From Kondoa subrosea (lineage: Eukaryota), in the NCBI GenBank assembly GCA_039545335.1, contig BCIN01000006.1, forward strand, positions 868,001 to 932,000: a DNA stretch of 64,000 bases, read 5' to 3'. The notes under the pieces are model-generated. The model worked only from the letters and a program-made list of their open reading frames with translations, was not told where the DNA came from and searched no databases. Position numbers and translations under genes: made by a program. Each line of letters starts with the position of its first letter. Position 1 is the stretch's first letter. This document shows, piece by piece, positions 53,397 to 64,000 of this stretch.

Positions 53397-55154
53397 TCAC
53401 TGCAAGCCATTATCTACTCGTTTAGCATCTTGGAAGCCTCCGAAATCATCATCTTCGTCATCTGTCCCTAAAGAGTAGTCGTCCTTATCCCGCTTACTTG
53501 ACGACGGCAATTCCCAGACAGTCTCATCTTCCATCTCATCATGACCACTAGACAGCAATGTCGTTCCTTTCCTTCTCTCCCTATCCTCTCCCTTCTTATT
53601 CAACAAAGCAGACATTTTATTCTTTGTTCGATCTTTTAAAGGAATAGGTGTGAATTGGAAATCTTTCGTGTCAGGTAAATCGCTTTCGCCCGTCTCTTCC
53701 AAATCTTCCGCTGGTGCTTTTGGTATTGTTTCTACCTTCTTTGAGGATAGGATACCGACACCGATAATGAGGATTAAAATGGAGAGACAAATCATTGCTG
53801 TTATTGTTCGAGTGTAGGTATGTAGTTGATCGAGGTATATAAGAGAATTGAGAAAGCCAAATGCTATAAGACAGTATGAGATCCCGTTAATCTCATGCGG
53901 TAAAGAAGCTTACCTGTATAGAAAGCAAAAAGTACAGGCACAACTAGGGTGGAATCTGCTGTCTTGAGACCTTTGTTGAGTGCATAGATCTGAAGAATAG
54001 CTGTTACAGCCAATAGGATAATCACAATGATGGGTATCGGGGATGCGAACTGATTGGCATGGTCGCCAACGCTTGTCGAAACCAGCTTGACTACAGTTTT
54101 GGCAAAGATGAGTGTTTGACCTGATAACATGCCAGCTGCTGAGGCCCAAAGGAAACCAGCTGTTTTCTTTACTACAGGATCCGGCTTCTTTTCCGCCCAA
54201 TTCGCAAAACCACTCTTGAGGAAAGTTCGAGCTTTCTTCTGCTGACTTTGTATTTGGGACCATATTCCGTCACTACTAGGTTTCGCGTTTCTTGATGAAT
54301 GCCTTCCGTATTCGTTCTCTGGCGCTGAATCATCGTGCATGGTCTCCACTTCTTCTCTTTCCGCTAACACATCTCCCATAATTCCACTGATCCAGAATAT
54401 AGCTGTGGTCGCTACTTCCAGCAAGGTGAGATACACGATCCACATTGTTCTACCCCAAAGTGATTTGAGCATATCCTGAAAAATGCAATGAGCGTGATCA
54501 GAAATTCATGCTTGAAGTTTGCTAACGAGGTTGAGATTCGCTTCGGCATCTACACTGTCTGCAGATCTTTGATTCCCAAGTACGATAATCAAGACAACCC
54601 CTCTACGAGATCAACTTTAAGCAAACGACGATGCTGAAGAATCCCCTGACGAACATTATAATGACAACAGTTCCGATGATATCGACTCTCTGTATCGGTG
54701 TTCCAACCAGGTATTTGGCAAAGATAAAGTTCATGATCAAACTAGCACTGCCTAAAGGGGCGACATATTCCGCTCGCAGGAATTGTAGAGCCAAGGTAGA
54801 TCCAACAAGTTGACTGATGATGTATGCTAAAAGTCCTAACCACCACAGCGGACGCAGATAGTCCGGCTTCTGCTGAGCTTTAGGTACTTTGGAGTTCTTG
54901 ACATGATCCAACTTTGTGAGATTGAGGCCTAGCGCTTGTAGAGTAGATGCTGCACTATTTATCACAAAGGGGAATGTTTGACGTGAGTCAACGTATACTA
55001 GCAGGCTGCATTGTACTGATTGAGCTCACAGAGTAATAGCAAGGCCTATGAAGAAATCTCCAGTAGAATAAGATGCATAGACGGTCTCCGGAGTAGTCTC
55101 TATCGGTGTTCCATCAGTCGCATTGCCAACGACTTCTGCTGCCGTGTCGGACAT
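53397..55154 (-). CDS. NIPA-type (DUF803) magnesium-transporter-like membrane protein
   Basis: FFIGLAITL-AASTLQALGLNLTKLDH, RPLWWLGLLAYIISQLVGSTLAL, YVAPLGSASLIMNFIFA, GMLSGQTLIFAK, LQIYALNKGLKTADSTLVVPV. Confidence 0.85.
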
Positions 55155-55704
55155 CTCTCAATAGGTCTACTCCTGGCTAGACTCCGGTATCAGCCAATTG
55201 ATCGCCTGGTATTTCGTAGTCACGGTTTCGAAACAACAGAGTGCATGACTTCACCACGTCAAACACGCTCTTTGAAGCTCGGATCAGGGTCGATCAACAC
55301 TGCAAGTGCACGGTATTATATCAGACTATTTACACTGTAACAATATTGCGTCTGTTGGCTTCAGATCAGTCAGTCTTCAAGGGACTAATGATTGATCAGG
55401 CAGGATGTCGACCACAACCGTTTGAGCGGTCAAGTATGGCTGCGATCGTTAGAAGCGCCGGCTCCATTAGCACCATGCATGAAGACATCCTCAGTTCTGT
55501 TGTACGTGCGAGGATGAATACCGCTCGCAGCCCGAGAATCGCTGTAGAATAGAATGCATAAGAACAACGTGAAATGAGATCAAAAGCAGCGAAGGTCACT
55601 GTTCGCTTTTCAGAGAGGTTCCATGCTTGTTGATTTCTTCGAAAGACGCTTTATGTTTACTAAGGCTTTGATGAATTCATGCTCACATGACTCAAAGAGA
55701 TGTC

Positions 55705-56354
55705 TTACTGCTTGTCCTTCTGCGGATGATTACGTTTCGCGTTCAATTTAGCGATAGCAGCCAATTTGGCATTGTGAGAAGCCAAACTCTTCTCCTTCTG
55801 TTTCTCTTTCAGACCTTCGTAGCTTGTGTATTTCCTGATATCGGTTGAAGCAAGAATACAGCCGATCAAGGCTGATACAAGAGCACATAGAATAAGGGCC
55901 ATTCCACCGGAATATTCACCTGTATCACCAAAACTGTCATTGAAGGGGCATTACAAGCAGAACAGGGGAAGGACGGACCTCGCCACCACGTTCCCCAGGA
56001 ATCTAGAGCATTATTTGCTCTGATAAGACATTAGCTCAAGGAATACGTTTTATACTTCTTGAACTTACGAAATGCAGATCAGACTGTCGATAGCGCTTAC
56101 AAGCACCATTGCTCCAGTCGCAAACTGAATACTGAAGGGCAATGAGCCTTTAAACAATGATTGGGGAAATGAAAGCAATACTTGCGTGAAGAACTTGAAC
56201 ACAGCTGAATCGATCGTCAGTCAAAACCCAGGAGTGGGACTGCGCACTCACGCCACTACACCAGCGTCAGCTTATAGCAGATCAGCAGAGAAGAAAGACT
56301 AACCATTGTTAAAGTAAACGGCCGCTCTTTTTCAGCTGTCCCTTGAAAGGCCAT
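55705..56354 (-). CDS. Small putative membrane protein (~145 aa) that needs a 4-nt micro-exon
   Basis: Spliced model MAFQGTAEKERPFTLTM/WP/VFKFFTQVLL...LICIS/FLGNVVAS/FGDTGEYSGGMALILCALVSALIGCILAS...KDKQ*, with all introns GT-AG. Confidence 0.55.
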
Positions 56355-56469
56355 AACGAGAAGAAAGGCGAAGGGTACAAAACCACATAAGACAGCAGCC
56401 AGAATGTGTAATATCCAAATTTGACCAAACACGTAGAGCTGATTGTGCGAATCTGTCAGAAGCTTTCAT

Positions 56470-56835
56470 CTAAAACAAGAACCTTACCACGACTCGGACG
56501 GTCAGGATCTCTTGCTTATTGGCCAATGCAGTTAGCTCAACGCAAGCTCCAATTTGAGGAGAGCAAAGTCCAGATAAGAGGACGGCATAAGGGACTTCAA
56601 GGTTATCAGACCCTTTGCCGGCTAATGCGAATTGAGCGTTCATTCTTTGCCATGGTACCAGCAGCGCCGTAATCAAAGAAGCAGATAAAGCGAAACAGAA
56701 GCATGTCATATAAGCACGAGATCTCTTTAACGGAAAAGCGGAAGGGAAATGAGTACTTATCGGAGTCTCTTGCAGTCTGTCGTCTTGAGGCTCTTCATCT
56801 TCTGGATGGAGATGGTGCGACGGACGAGTTGCCAT
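56470..56835 (-). CDS. Possible small membrane protein
   Basis: 121-aa ATG-initiated ORF with an acidic N-terminus and a hydrophobic segment (FCFALSASLITALLVPW). No family recognised. Confidence 0.3.
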   Translation of the reverse strand: MATRPSHHLHPEDEEPQDDRLQETPISTHFPSAFPLKRSRAYMTCFCFALSASLITALLVPWQRMNAQFALAGKGSDNLEVPYAVLLSGLCSPQIGACVELTALANKQEILTVRVVVRFLF

Positions 56836-57062
56836 GATTTGCGTTGAGAAAGTGATGATAACAACAGAAGAAGAATCGAAAGAAGTTGAAGGCTTCGGAC
56901 AAAGGGGAATTTTGAGAAATCGACATACCAGTGAATCTCAGCCAGCCTATGTGAAAGAGATCGGCAACAGTCATATGGACACATGATGTATGCAATATAC
57001 AAACGGTAAATACAGGGTCAGTCAAAGCTTGGCAACGAAGGGCGAGAAGGCATTTTCACTGC

Positions 57063-58038
57063 TTAATGAGCGGGACTGTGCGTCTTGGCTTGCTCTTCTT
57101 CAACATGGCCGGTATAAGAAGGAGGTGCTTCAGATTCAGTTGAGCTGGAGGCAGACATGAGAATAGCTTCTTCCATTTCGGAAGCTTGATCATATCGATT
57201 GACAGCCACTCCGCAGCTTTGTGATTGGGCGGCCGCTGCCTCCGATCTTCTCTTGTTACGATGAGCGCTGAAGATAACCATAAAGATGCAGAAGAAAATG
57301 AAGAATCTCGTGCTAAATATCACGATGAGGCATTAACAATGAGAGTATAGCATAACGACTCACAGGAAACCGTTCGTCTCCACATCGGCGTCCTCGTCCA
57401 GGAATACGTGTGCGACTTCTGCTTCAAAAGTAGGTTCCGGTTGTGGAGCTTGAAATTCGATGTCTAAGCCTTGGAATGCACGACCAGTTGATAGAGGACC
57501 GTCTTTCTCCATCGCTTTGACAAGACTGAGGTACTCTTTTCCAGATATACCGAAAGCTGGAATTTCGATCGCTGCACCATTCCCATCTCTTGAAGAACCC
57601 AGTGTCAAAGTAGAGTCTCCGTGTCGGTTGACATCTAACTGATCATTTCCTATCAAACAAGCCTTTGCCCCCAACTCTTGAGCCACCCTGCATTTCTCAG
57701 TAAAGTCACAACCGCCCCTTTGAATCAATGCAACCCAATTCTCTGGAGGAGCGAGGATCTCATCTGCTGTCTTGCGAGAAAAACCGAAATTGTAGTCGGA
57801 GTGGAAAGAACAGCCCAAATTTTGGGGAGTTCCGTTAATATCATGTAGGAAGATTGGGGAGAGTTTGCCAGTCAAAGCTTCGGTCAATGCAGGCCCGAAA
57901 TGAGCTGGTCTTGGTGCAAGAGTGAGGTTGCTGGCCTGCAGATAGAGCGATGAGCTATGTTTCCACCGAGATGCCTGGATAAGAACTTGCCTGAAGGGAG
58001 ACCAAAGCTACCAAAGCGTTATTGAGATAGTGTACCAT
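57063..58038 (-). CDS. PA (protease-associated) domain single-pass membrane protein with a PPxY tail
   Basis: PRPAHFGP, NLGC, WVALIQRGGCDFTEKCRVAQELGAKACLIGND, IPAFGIS; TM FFIFFCIFMVIFSA followed by a basic stop-transfer stretch; tail APPSYTG. Confidence 0.75.
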
Positions 58039-58080
58039 GTTTGTGTACTGATATAAGAAGTTGCTGAAGTTGAGCCTTGG

Positions 58081-58108
58081 TGTTGTGTGTTGTGTTGTGC
58101 TGTGTTGT
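58081..58108. repeat. Imperfect (TGTTG/GTGTT)n microsatellite upstream of the PA-domain gene
   Basis: tgttgtgtgttgtgttgtgctgtgttgt. Confidence 0.6.
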
Positions 58109-58395
58109 GGGACGAGGTGCTCAGATCAACGCTGACACTCGTATGGGGCAGATGGGTTGAGCTGAAGATAGCCCGAGTATAAATACTTGTTGAAGTTTCG
58201 AAGGCTGTGCTCTGCAGCGACTGACCTGATTACGTTCCTGGCGCAGACGATGCAAGATGGTATACAGATAGCTAGGTATCTCAATATCCAGTTCAACGTG
58301 TCAAGACAGGACTGGATTTGCGACCTGCCGAAGTGGCGCAATGCTTAGTAATACAATAACCACATTACCCTGTCTAATTGATGTCCAGCATCCCT

Positions 58396-60503
58396 CTAAA
58401 TTTTCTGTGCAATAGCTTCGCCTAAGGCCAGTACTTCAGCTCGAAGCTCATCCTGCAAACCATGAGAAAGGACATGACAGTTCAGCACTAGCGCCTACCT
58501 TGAAGGTCTCTCGCGCTGTACTTGTTGGCCATTCTTGTTCTGCATTCTCAGCAGGCCATCCTCCCCACCATCGCATATGAACCATTCGCGGCCAATGATC
58601 CCAATAACCCGGCGCAGTTCTGTTCATTTCTGGCCATTCTTTGAAATCGTACCAATCATGATCTTCTGCCTTTGGCGATACAGGTTTTGGCCAAGATAGT
58701 TCGTTGACGGGTAAAGGTTGACTTGAGTGTAAAGGTTTTGGGTATAGTGACTGTCATTGCGATGAGCGAAACGGAAAACCAAAAGCGCTGCCAGCTTACC
58801 GTCGCGAAATGCGTCCATATCCTTTCGGGCTGAATACAAGTAAGATTCACATCAGTCTGATAGTGTCAGAAGCTTACCGCTTCAGCTCGATAAACTGATT
58901 TCCTCAGATCTGGCAATGCAGTGAGCTCGACTGCGAAGCGAAACAAAATCTCAAAACTTACAACCTTCTCGCAGACCATCATCTGGCGTTATCCCAGTCC
59001 AAATGTCTTGCGCCAAGGCATCTGGCAAAGGACCGCCAGTTTTTTGAGATTCGTTGAAAGCTTGTTCATTCATGGACAAATCATAGCGGATCATTCCATA
59101 GCCTCCTAAATCAGCTGGCCAACTATCGAACCATCGTGATAATCCAGCTGCTGGATCTGCATAATCTTCGGGTTTGAGGAATATCATTTCATCGAGATCC
59201 ACAACGAAGATGAAGTCGCTTGCTTTGCGGTAAAGTGCGCTGCAATGATTGTAATATAGCGGTTGATCCCAATAGCTTTTAGTCTATATGAGCAGCGTCG
59301 CTCAGTATCATCAAATCGACTTACGGGAAAGGGTGCTCCATTCGCTTCACGAAGCTGGTCAGGCGATCAGCTTTCGAAAACGCTGATACTATGCGACCTC
59401 ACTGTACTTCATCCTTAACATGCAACAGCTGCTTGAGGTGATTTGCAAATTCTGCGTAGCTGTTTTCACCTTCGTAGGCATACCAAACAACTCTGCGAGA
59501 CCCATCAGATTTCTCAGAAATCTCCCAAAATGACGTATAGCAAACCGTTCGACACCTAAACGCTTCCAGTAGGCTCTCCATTCTATAAAGCGATGAGATC
59601 TTCGACCTTTAAGGTAAGTGTCGTAATTCTGAAAGGGCACCAAGCAAATCGAATACTTGGTGTGAGGTACTTGATAAGTGTCCAGTCGTACGACAGATAC
59701 TTCATCTGAAGTCTTGATCTCTTTCGGCCAAGCGAAATCTGGACCTTGCTGGTTTTTGGCTTCCCAAAAGGCTTCCTTGACTTTGATGTCTTCCGTTTCG
59801 ACAGCTCGCCAGTGTAATTTTAAAGAAAGAGAAGTAGGAGGAGCTTTGGTTTCGCTTGCTATCTCTGTTGGGATGTCGCATTCTAGACGATGAGGTGGTT
59901 GATCATACCTTTGATGAAGAAGAAAGAAATCAAGGCTTTGCCGATCACAGAAATGAGAGTTGACTTACTGCATTGTTTCTGGCAGATCCCAGTTGTTGGA
60001 AGTGACTGACCAGGGTCGACATTTGACTGTTTCTAAATGAGGGTATTCTGTATAGGTTGCATTGACTTGTAGCATGATTGTCATTTTCATATTCTGTTAT
60101 CAAAAGGGGTAAACTTGATCTTCCTCGTTAGGAAGAAAACGCTAACATCTGGAATATCTTGCTGGAAGTAGAGCGTAAAGCCAACATAGTAAGGAGTTCG
60201 AATGCCTTCCTGCCAAGTCGAGCGCTGGTCCATAAGAACGCCAGCGATAACAATCATTTCTGTATGTTCTGTCGTCTTGACGGGTGCAGGATCTTCTGTG
60301 ACCCTCCTCGAAGGAGAAAGCATTGTGATTGGAACATGCCGCTCATTCTTCGCAAACCAATCTTTCGACAAGGATGTCGGAAGTTTGACAGGAGTGAGGC
60401 TCAATTGTGAAGATCCAAGCGAAGGTCCAAGCAGCGCGTACAGAACAATCACAAAACCGAAAACTGCAAGTGTGCGCTTGACCAGGAGCGGCAACCTCAA
60501 CAT
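58396..60503 (-). CDS. Type II membrane putative glycosyltransferase (GT92/DUF23-like, GT-A fold)
   Basis: N-terminal TM (LAVFGFVIVLYALLG), KYSICLVP, FIEWRAYWKRLGVERVVWY, DQPLYYNHC, and a DxD motif in FIFVVDLDEMIF; multi-exon. Confidence 0.6.
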
Positions 60504-61260
60504 CAACGAAGACAGAACAAAGACTCGGCTGGCTCTGGAGATGTGCTGAGCAGCGGTCGCATCAACGTGGTTACAGTAGATCAACCTGAACCGGCGGTTT
60601 TGTACGAAACCAAGAATTATTCGTACCTACCCACGCTTAGGGCAAGAACTGCGATTGGGAGTCAATTCCAAGCTTGCACATCATGGTGCAACAGAACAGA
60701 CTTGCGAAGTGATCCCGAAGCTTGGCAGCTTCAATCGTCTTACATATCGAGCGCTCTTATGTTGAACAGCGACTCCGGTTGAAAGTGCAAGTATGAAACG
60801 TCTTGCGCTGTCCTTACAGACTTCCTCTTCTCTCGTTGAAACTCACGTTGTCTGCTTTGGAACAATTGCTCATGCTTCCACTGTCATCCTCAGAAGTCAA
60901 TCTGTTAGTATTGTGTCCATCGTCGCTTCGAGGCCGTCATGCTCTTGCCGTATCATTTTCTCTCAGTCTCTCAGCCGACGCATCCCGCTTTGCTCCTATC
61001 TGTCAAAAGTTCTATCTTAGGCTAGAAGGCGACTTCTATGTTTTGTCATGGTTTTCACCAACGTGCGCTCGCCATCAAACACTTGACCTCTTGTCCCGTT
61101 TCAATCATGTGCTAGTACTTGTCCAAGCGCCTCCATTTGGTCTCAACTTCAATATCTTGGAAGTTTGGCTGGGCATTGGTTTGAGGAGAAAATGAGAATC
61201 TCCAGGTCAGCAGGATCTATTGAACCTTGCTCTTATTCAACTCAATTTACTTTCAACAGC

Positions 61261-61879
61261 ATGTCATCTACTCATACACTTACAAGAAATCAAAACCTTT
61301 CAAGACCTGGCTCAAGCGATAGCAACGCATCACCATCTCCAAGGATCAAGTTTGCGGAGCTACCTACTCCAGATCGTTATGCACCAGGCTTCAAGACGGG
61401 CAGGTCAGTATTGGAGCACATCTGAGGGTAATAGCTTACGTTGTGAAACAGAACGGTGTATCGAAATCCTTTATATGCAAGTTTCGCAGACGAAGAGGAA
61501 GAAGACGTACCTCCTACACCTAGGATCTTACCTAAAGAGAGCATGCCCTTATCAAGAACTTTGAGCAGGACTCCGACGCAGAGTTCAGATGAAGGGTGAG
61601 TTCATGCTTCCCTTTATTGTTTTACGGAAAACTGATGTTGGATGTAATAGCTTCTCTATAATGAAACGAAGCAGTTCATTCACCAGCGCTGTAACGAAAG
61701 TCAAGAAACATGGCAGAAAACTCTCGCTCAATAATATCATTCCTTCTGCCTTCTCATCTCGTCGCTTCACCAATGCATTCAGAGATACACCTGAAGAAGA
61801 AGAGCAAGGCATGAGGAGTAGTGGATTTGATGAGATTGTAAGAAGAGGCGGTGATGATCGAAGAAAGTCATTCTCGTGA
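61261..61879 (+). CDS. Small disordered Ser/Arg-rich protein
   Basis: Three exons joined by GT-AG introns: MSSTHTLTRNQ...SPRIKFAELPTPDRY / FADEEEEDVPPTPR... / FSIMKRSSSF...RRKSFS*. Confidence 0.55.
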
Positions 61880-62068
61880 AGGCTTCGTATGCCTGTACAT
61901 GCTTACTTAGATACCTTTGCCATGTTGTTCGTGATACATAGACTTGTATAGCCTTTGCATGCCAAGACACTTATGACGCTTATGGAAGTCTGCTCTTGAC
62001 CTCGAACCGTTGCGAATTGTAACAGATCTTCAACACCTGCTACTAACACTAAATCCACATATCTGATC

Positions 62069-64000
62069 ATGGGTCTCGCTTCTAAAGTATGCTCTCCATT
62101 TGGCATTTCGTAAGCGTAGTGTTGACATTCCATTCCCTTTGCAATAGCTCGCTGCTGCTCAAGCTGGAGGCGGTGCAGCTCCTCAAGGGAGCTATGGTGC
62201 ACCATCATCTCAACCTCCTCAACAAGGTAAAGCTATAAACAAGCCGCCCTTACTTCGACATTTGAACGTGTTCTGGACAGGTTATGGCGCTCCTCCTCAA
62301 CAGCAAGGTGGTCAATTGCCATACCCTGGATCAGCTCCTCAAGCCAATCAAGGCTCACGACGTCAGTCGCATCCGGGATTTTAAATATCGACGAGGCTGA
62401 TTTGCATAATAAACAGCAAACTCGATGACTGGACCTCCAGGAGGCCAATACGGAGCTCCACAACAATCGTACGGCGGTCAACAGAGCTACGGCACACCTA
62501 GCGGACCTCCTCCTGCAATGGGAGCTCCTCAAAGCTCATATGTAAGCATACCCTGTCTCTTGGGCTATGCTTTTATTAACATCGAAATGAAGGGCCCTCC
62601 TGGAGCTGCTCCTCCTGTCAATTATGGTGGTCAGCAACAAGGCCGGCCTCAAAGCCAACAATACGGCGCACCTCAATCCAATTATCCTGGTCAAGCTCCT
62701 TCAAGCTATGGCGGAAATCAGCAATACGGAGGCTCGCAACAAGGTGGATACGGAGGTCAGCAACAAGGTGGCTATGGAGGTCAGCAACAGGGCTATGGTC
62801 AACAGCAACGTACGTTCCAACAATTGCATTGGGATCGATGAGATTCTAACGATTTTGGGATTTCAGCTCAACAAGGTTATGGACAAGCTCCACCTCCTCA
62901 AGGCGGTCCTAGGCCAGCTGGTGGTAATGCTGCTAGTGATCCTGCAGCCATTCTATCAATTCTGCAACGTAGGTATATCACTTATTCAGTGTTGACGCCC
63001 AATTCATCTCTGCTATCTGACCAGACTGTGCTCAAGAGCAGAACGTCATGTCTTTCTTTCAACCTCAGCAATTGCAGCAAATTGCTCAACAAGTTGCCTC
63101 AAGTGGTGCTCTAAGCCGAATCGCCGCCGAATGGAAGTTACCAATGGAAGTCGCTTCCGATCTCGTCAAGCTTGCTTTGTTCGATACCATCCTCTACTTG
63201 GACGATAGTGGATCGATGAGATTCGAAGAGGGTGGATCTAGAATCGATGATCTGAAACTCATCGTTTCCAGAGTCGCTTACGCTACTTCTTTGTTCGATC
63301 AAGATGGTATTCAAGTTAGATTTATGAACTCCAACGTTCAGGGCAATAACCTCAGAAGCGAACAAGAAGCGGATAGGCTTATCCAGCAAATTAAGTAAGT
63401 CATGCTTTAGCTGAGAAAGATTCATACTGATGTATGACTTATAGATTCACCGGGTTAGTCGCAGTACGATGTACCTCTCAATTTGGCTGACGTACTACAT
63501 GCAGTCTCACACCGCTCGGAACCAACTTGCAACAGAAAGTTCTTGGTCCTCTTCTTTTGGGACCAGCTCAATCTGGTCAACTCCAGAAACCGGTTCTCAT
63601 CATCGTCGTCACTGATGGAGAGCCTGGTGGAGAAAACAGAGACACTTTGGTTCAGGTCTTAAGCGGTGCGGTTCAGCAATTGAGCAGAACTCGCTACGGT
63701 GCCGATGCTATTAGGTGCGTCGGTATATCAGTGCTATAGATCGGTGACTGATGAGGACTGATAGCGTTCAATTGGCTCAAGTTGGAAAGTAAGTCAAAAT
63801 TGATGCAAAACCCAAAAATTTGATTAGATCTGATATTCCGGTCAACTACAGTGACATGAAAGCAAGGAAGTTCTTAGAGGAGATCGACGAGAACCCTATT
63901 ATTGGTGGCATGGTCGATTGTCAGTTATTCTGCCCGCATTCAATTTGGGCTTTTGACGTTGATGTCGGATTTTAGGCACTTCAAACTATGAACAAGAAGC
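62069..64000 (+). CDS. vWA-domain protein with Q/G/P/Y-rich low-complexity N-terminus (continues past the window end)
   Basis: MGLASK/LAAAQAGG start, GGYGGQQQ repeats, MIDAS elements LYLDDSGSM, LTPLG and VVTDGEP, plus LFDQDGIQVRFMN. Confidence 0.85.

Overview
Gene-dense, intron-rich eukaryotic DNA from a basidiomycete-like fungus. The taxon is inferred from 45-60 nt GT/GC-AG introns with CTRAY-like branch points, micro-exons and the protein families present. I built spliced models by hand for about 30 loci. Housekeeping genes are PUS7, a Swt1-like PIN protein, RPA49, VMA16, an Msc7-like ALDH, an Sst2/FlbA-type RGS, COG4, SIP5, PP2A-B56, a GPAT, an MDR oxidoreductase, a DHA1 MFS transporter, a NIPA-type transporter and a vWA protein. 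Several orphan and F-box genes lie between them. The standout region is about 41.2-48.0 kb, where a 1.6-kb direct duplication of the GPAT 5' part flanks a 3.5-kb insert. The two copies have an identical core but edges that differ almost only at synonymous sites. The insert holds an orphan gene, two head-to-tail 5'-truncated fragments of a CRE/Cnl1-like non-LTR retrotransposon (not translated in the ORF track), and a decayed intron-containing YTM1 copy. Three other genes are disabled: a kinase-like gene (17-nt tandem duplication), a GT71 mannosyltransferase (single TGA in a conserved motif) and an F-box-like gene. I found no tRNA, rRNA or CRISPR array. All family calls come from motif recognition, with no database search. 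I cannot claim a proven new biological system; the best candidates are listed as testable hypotheses.
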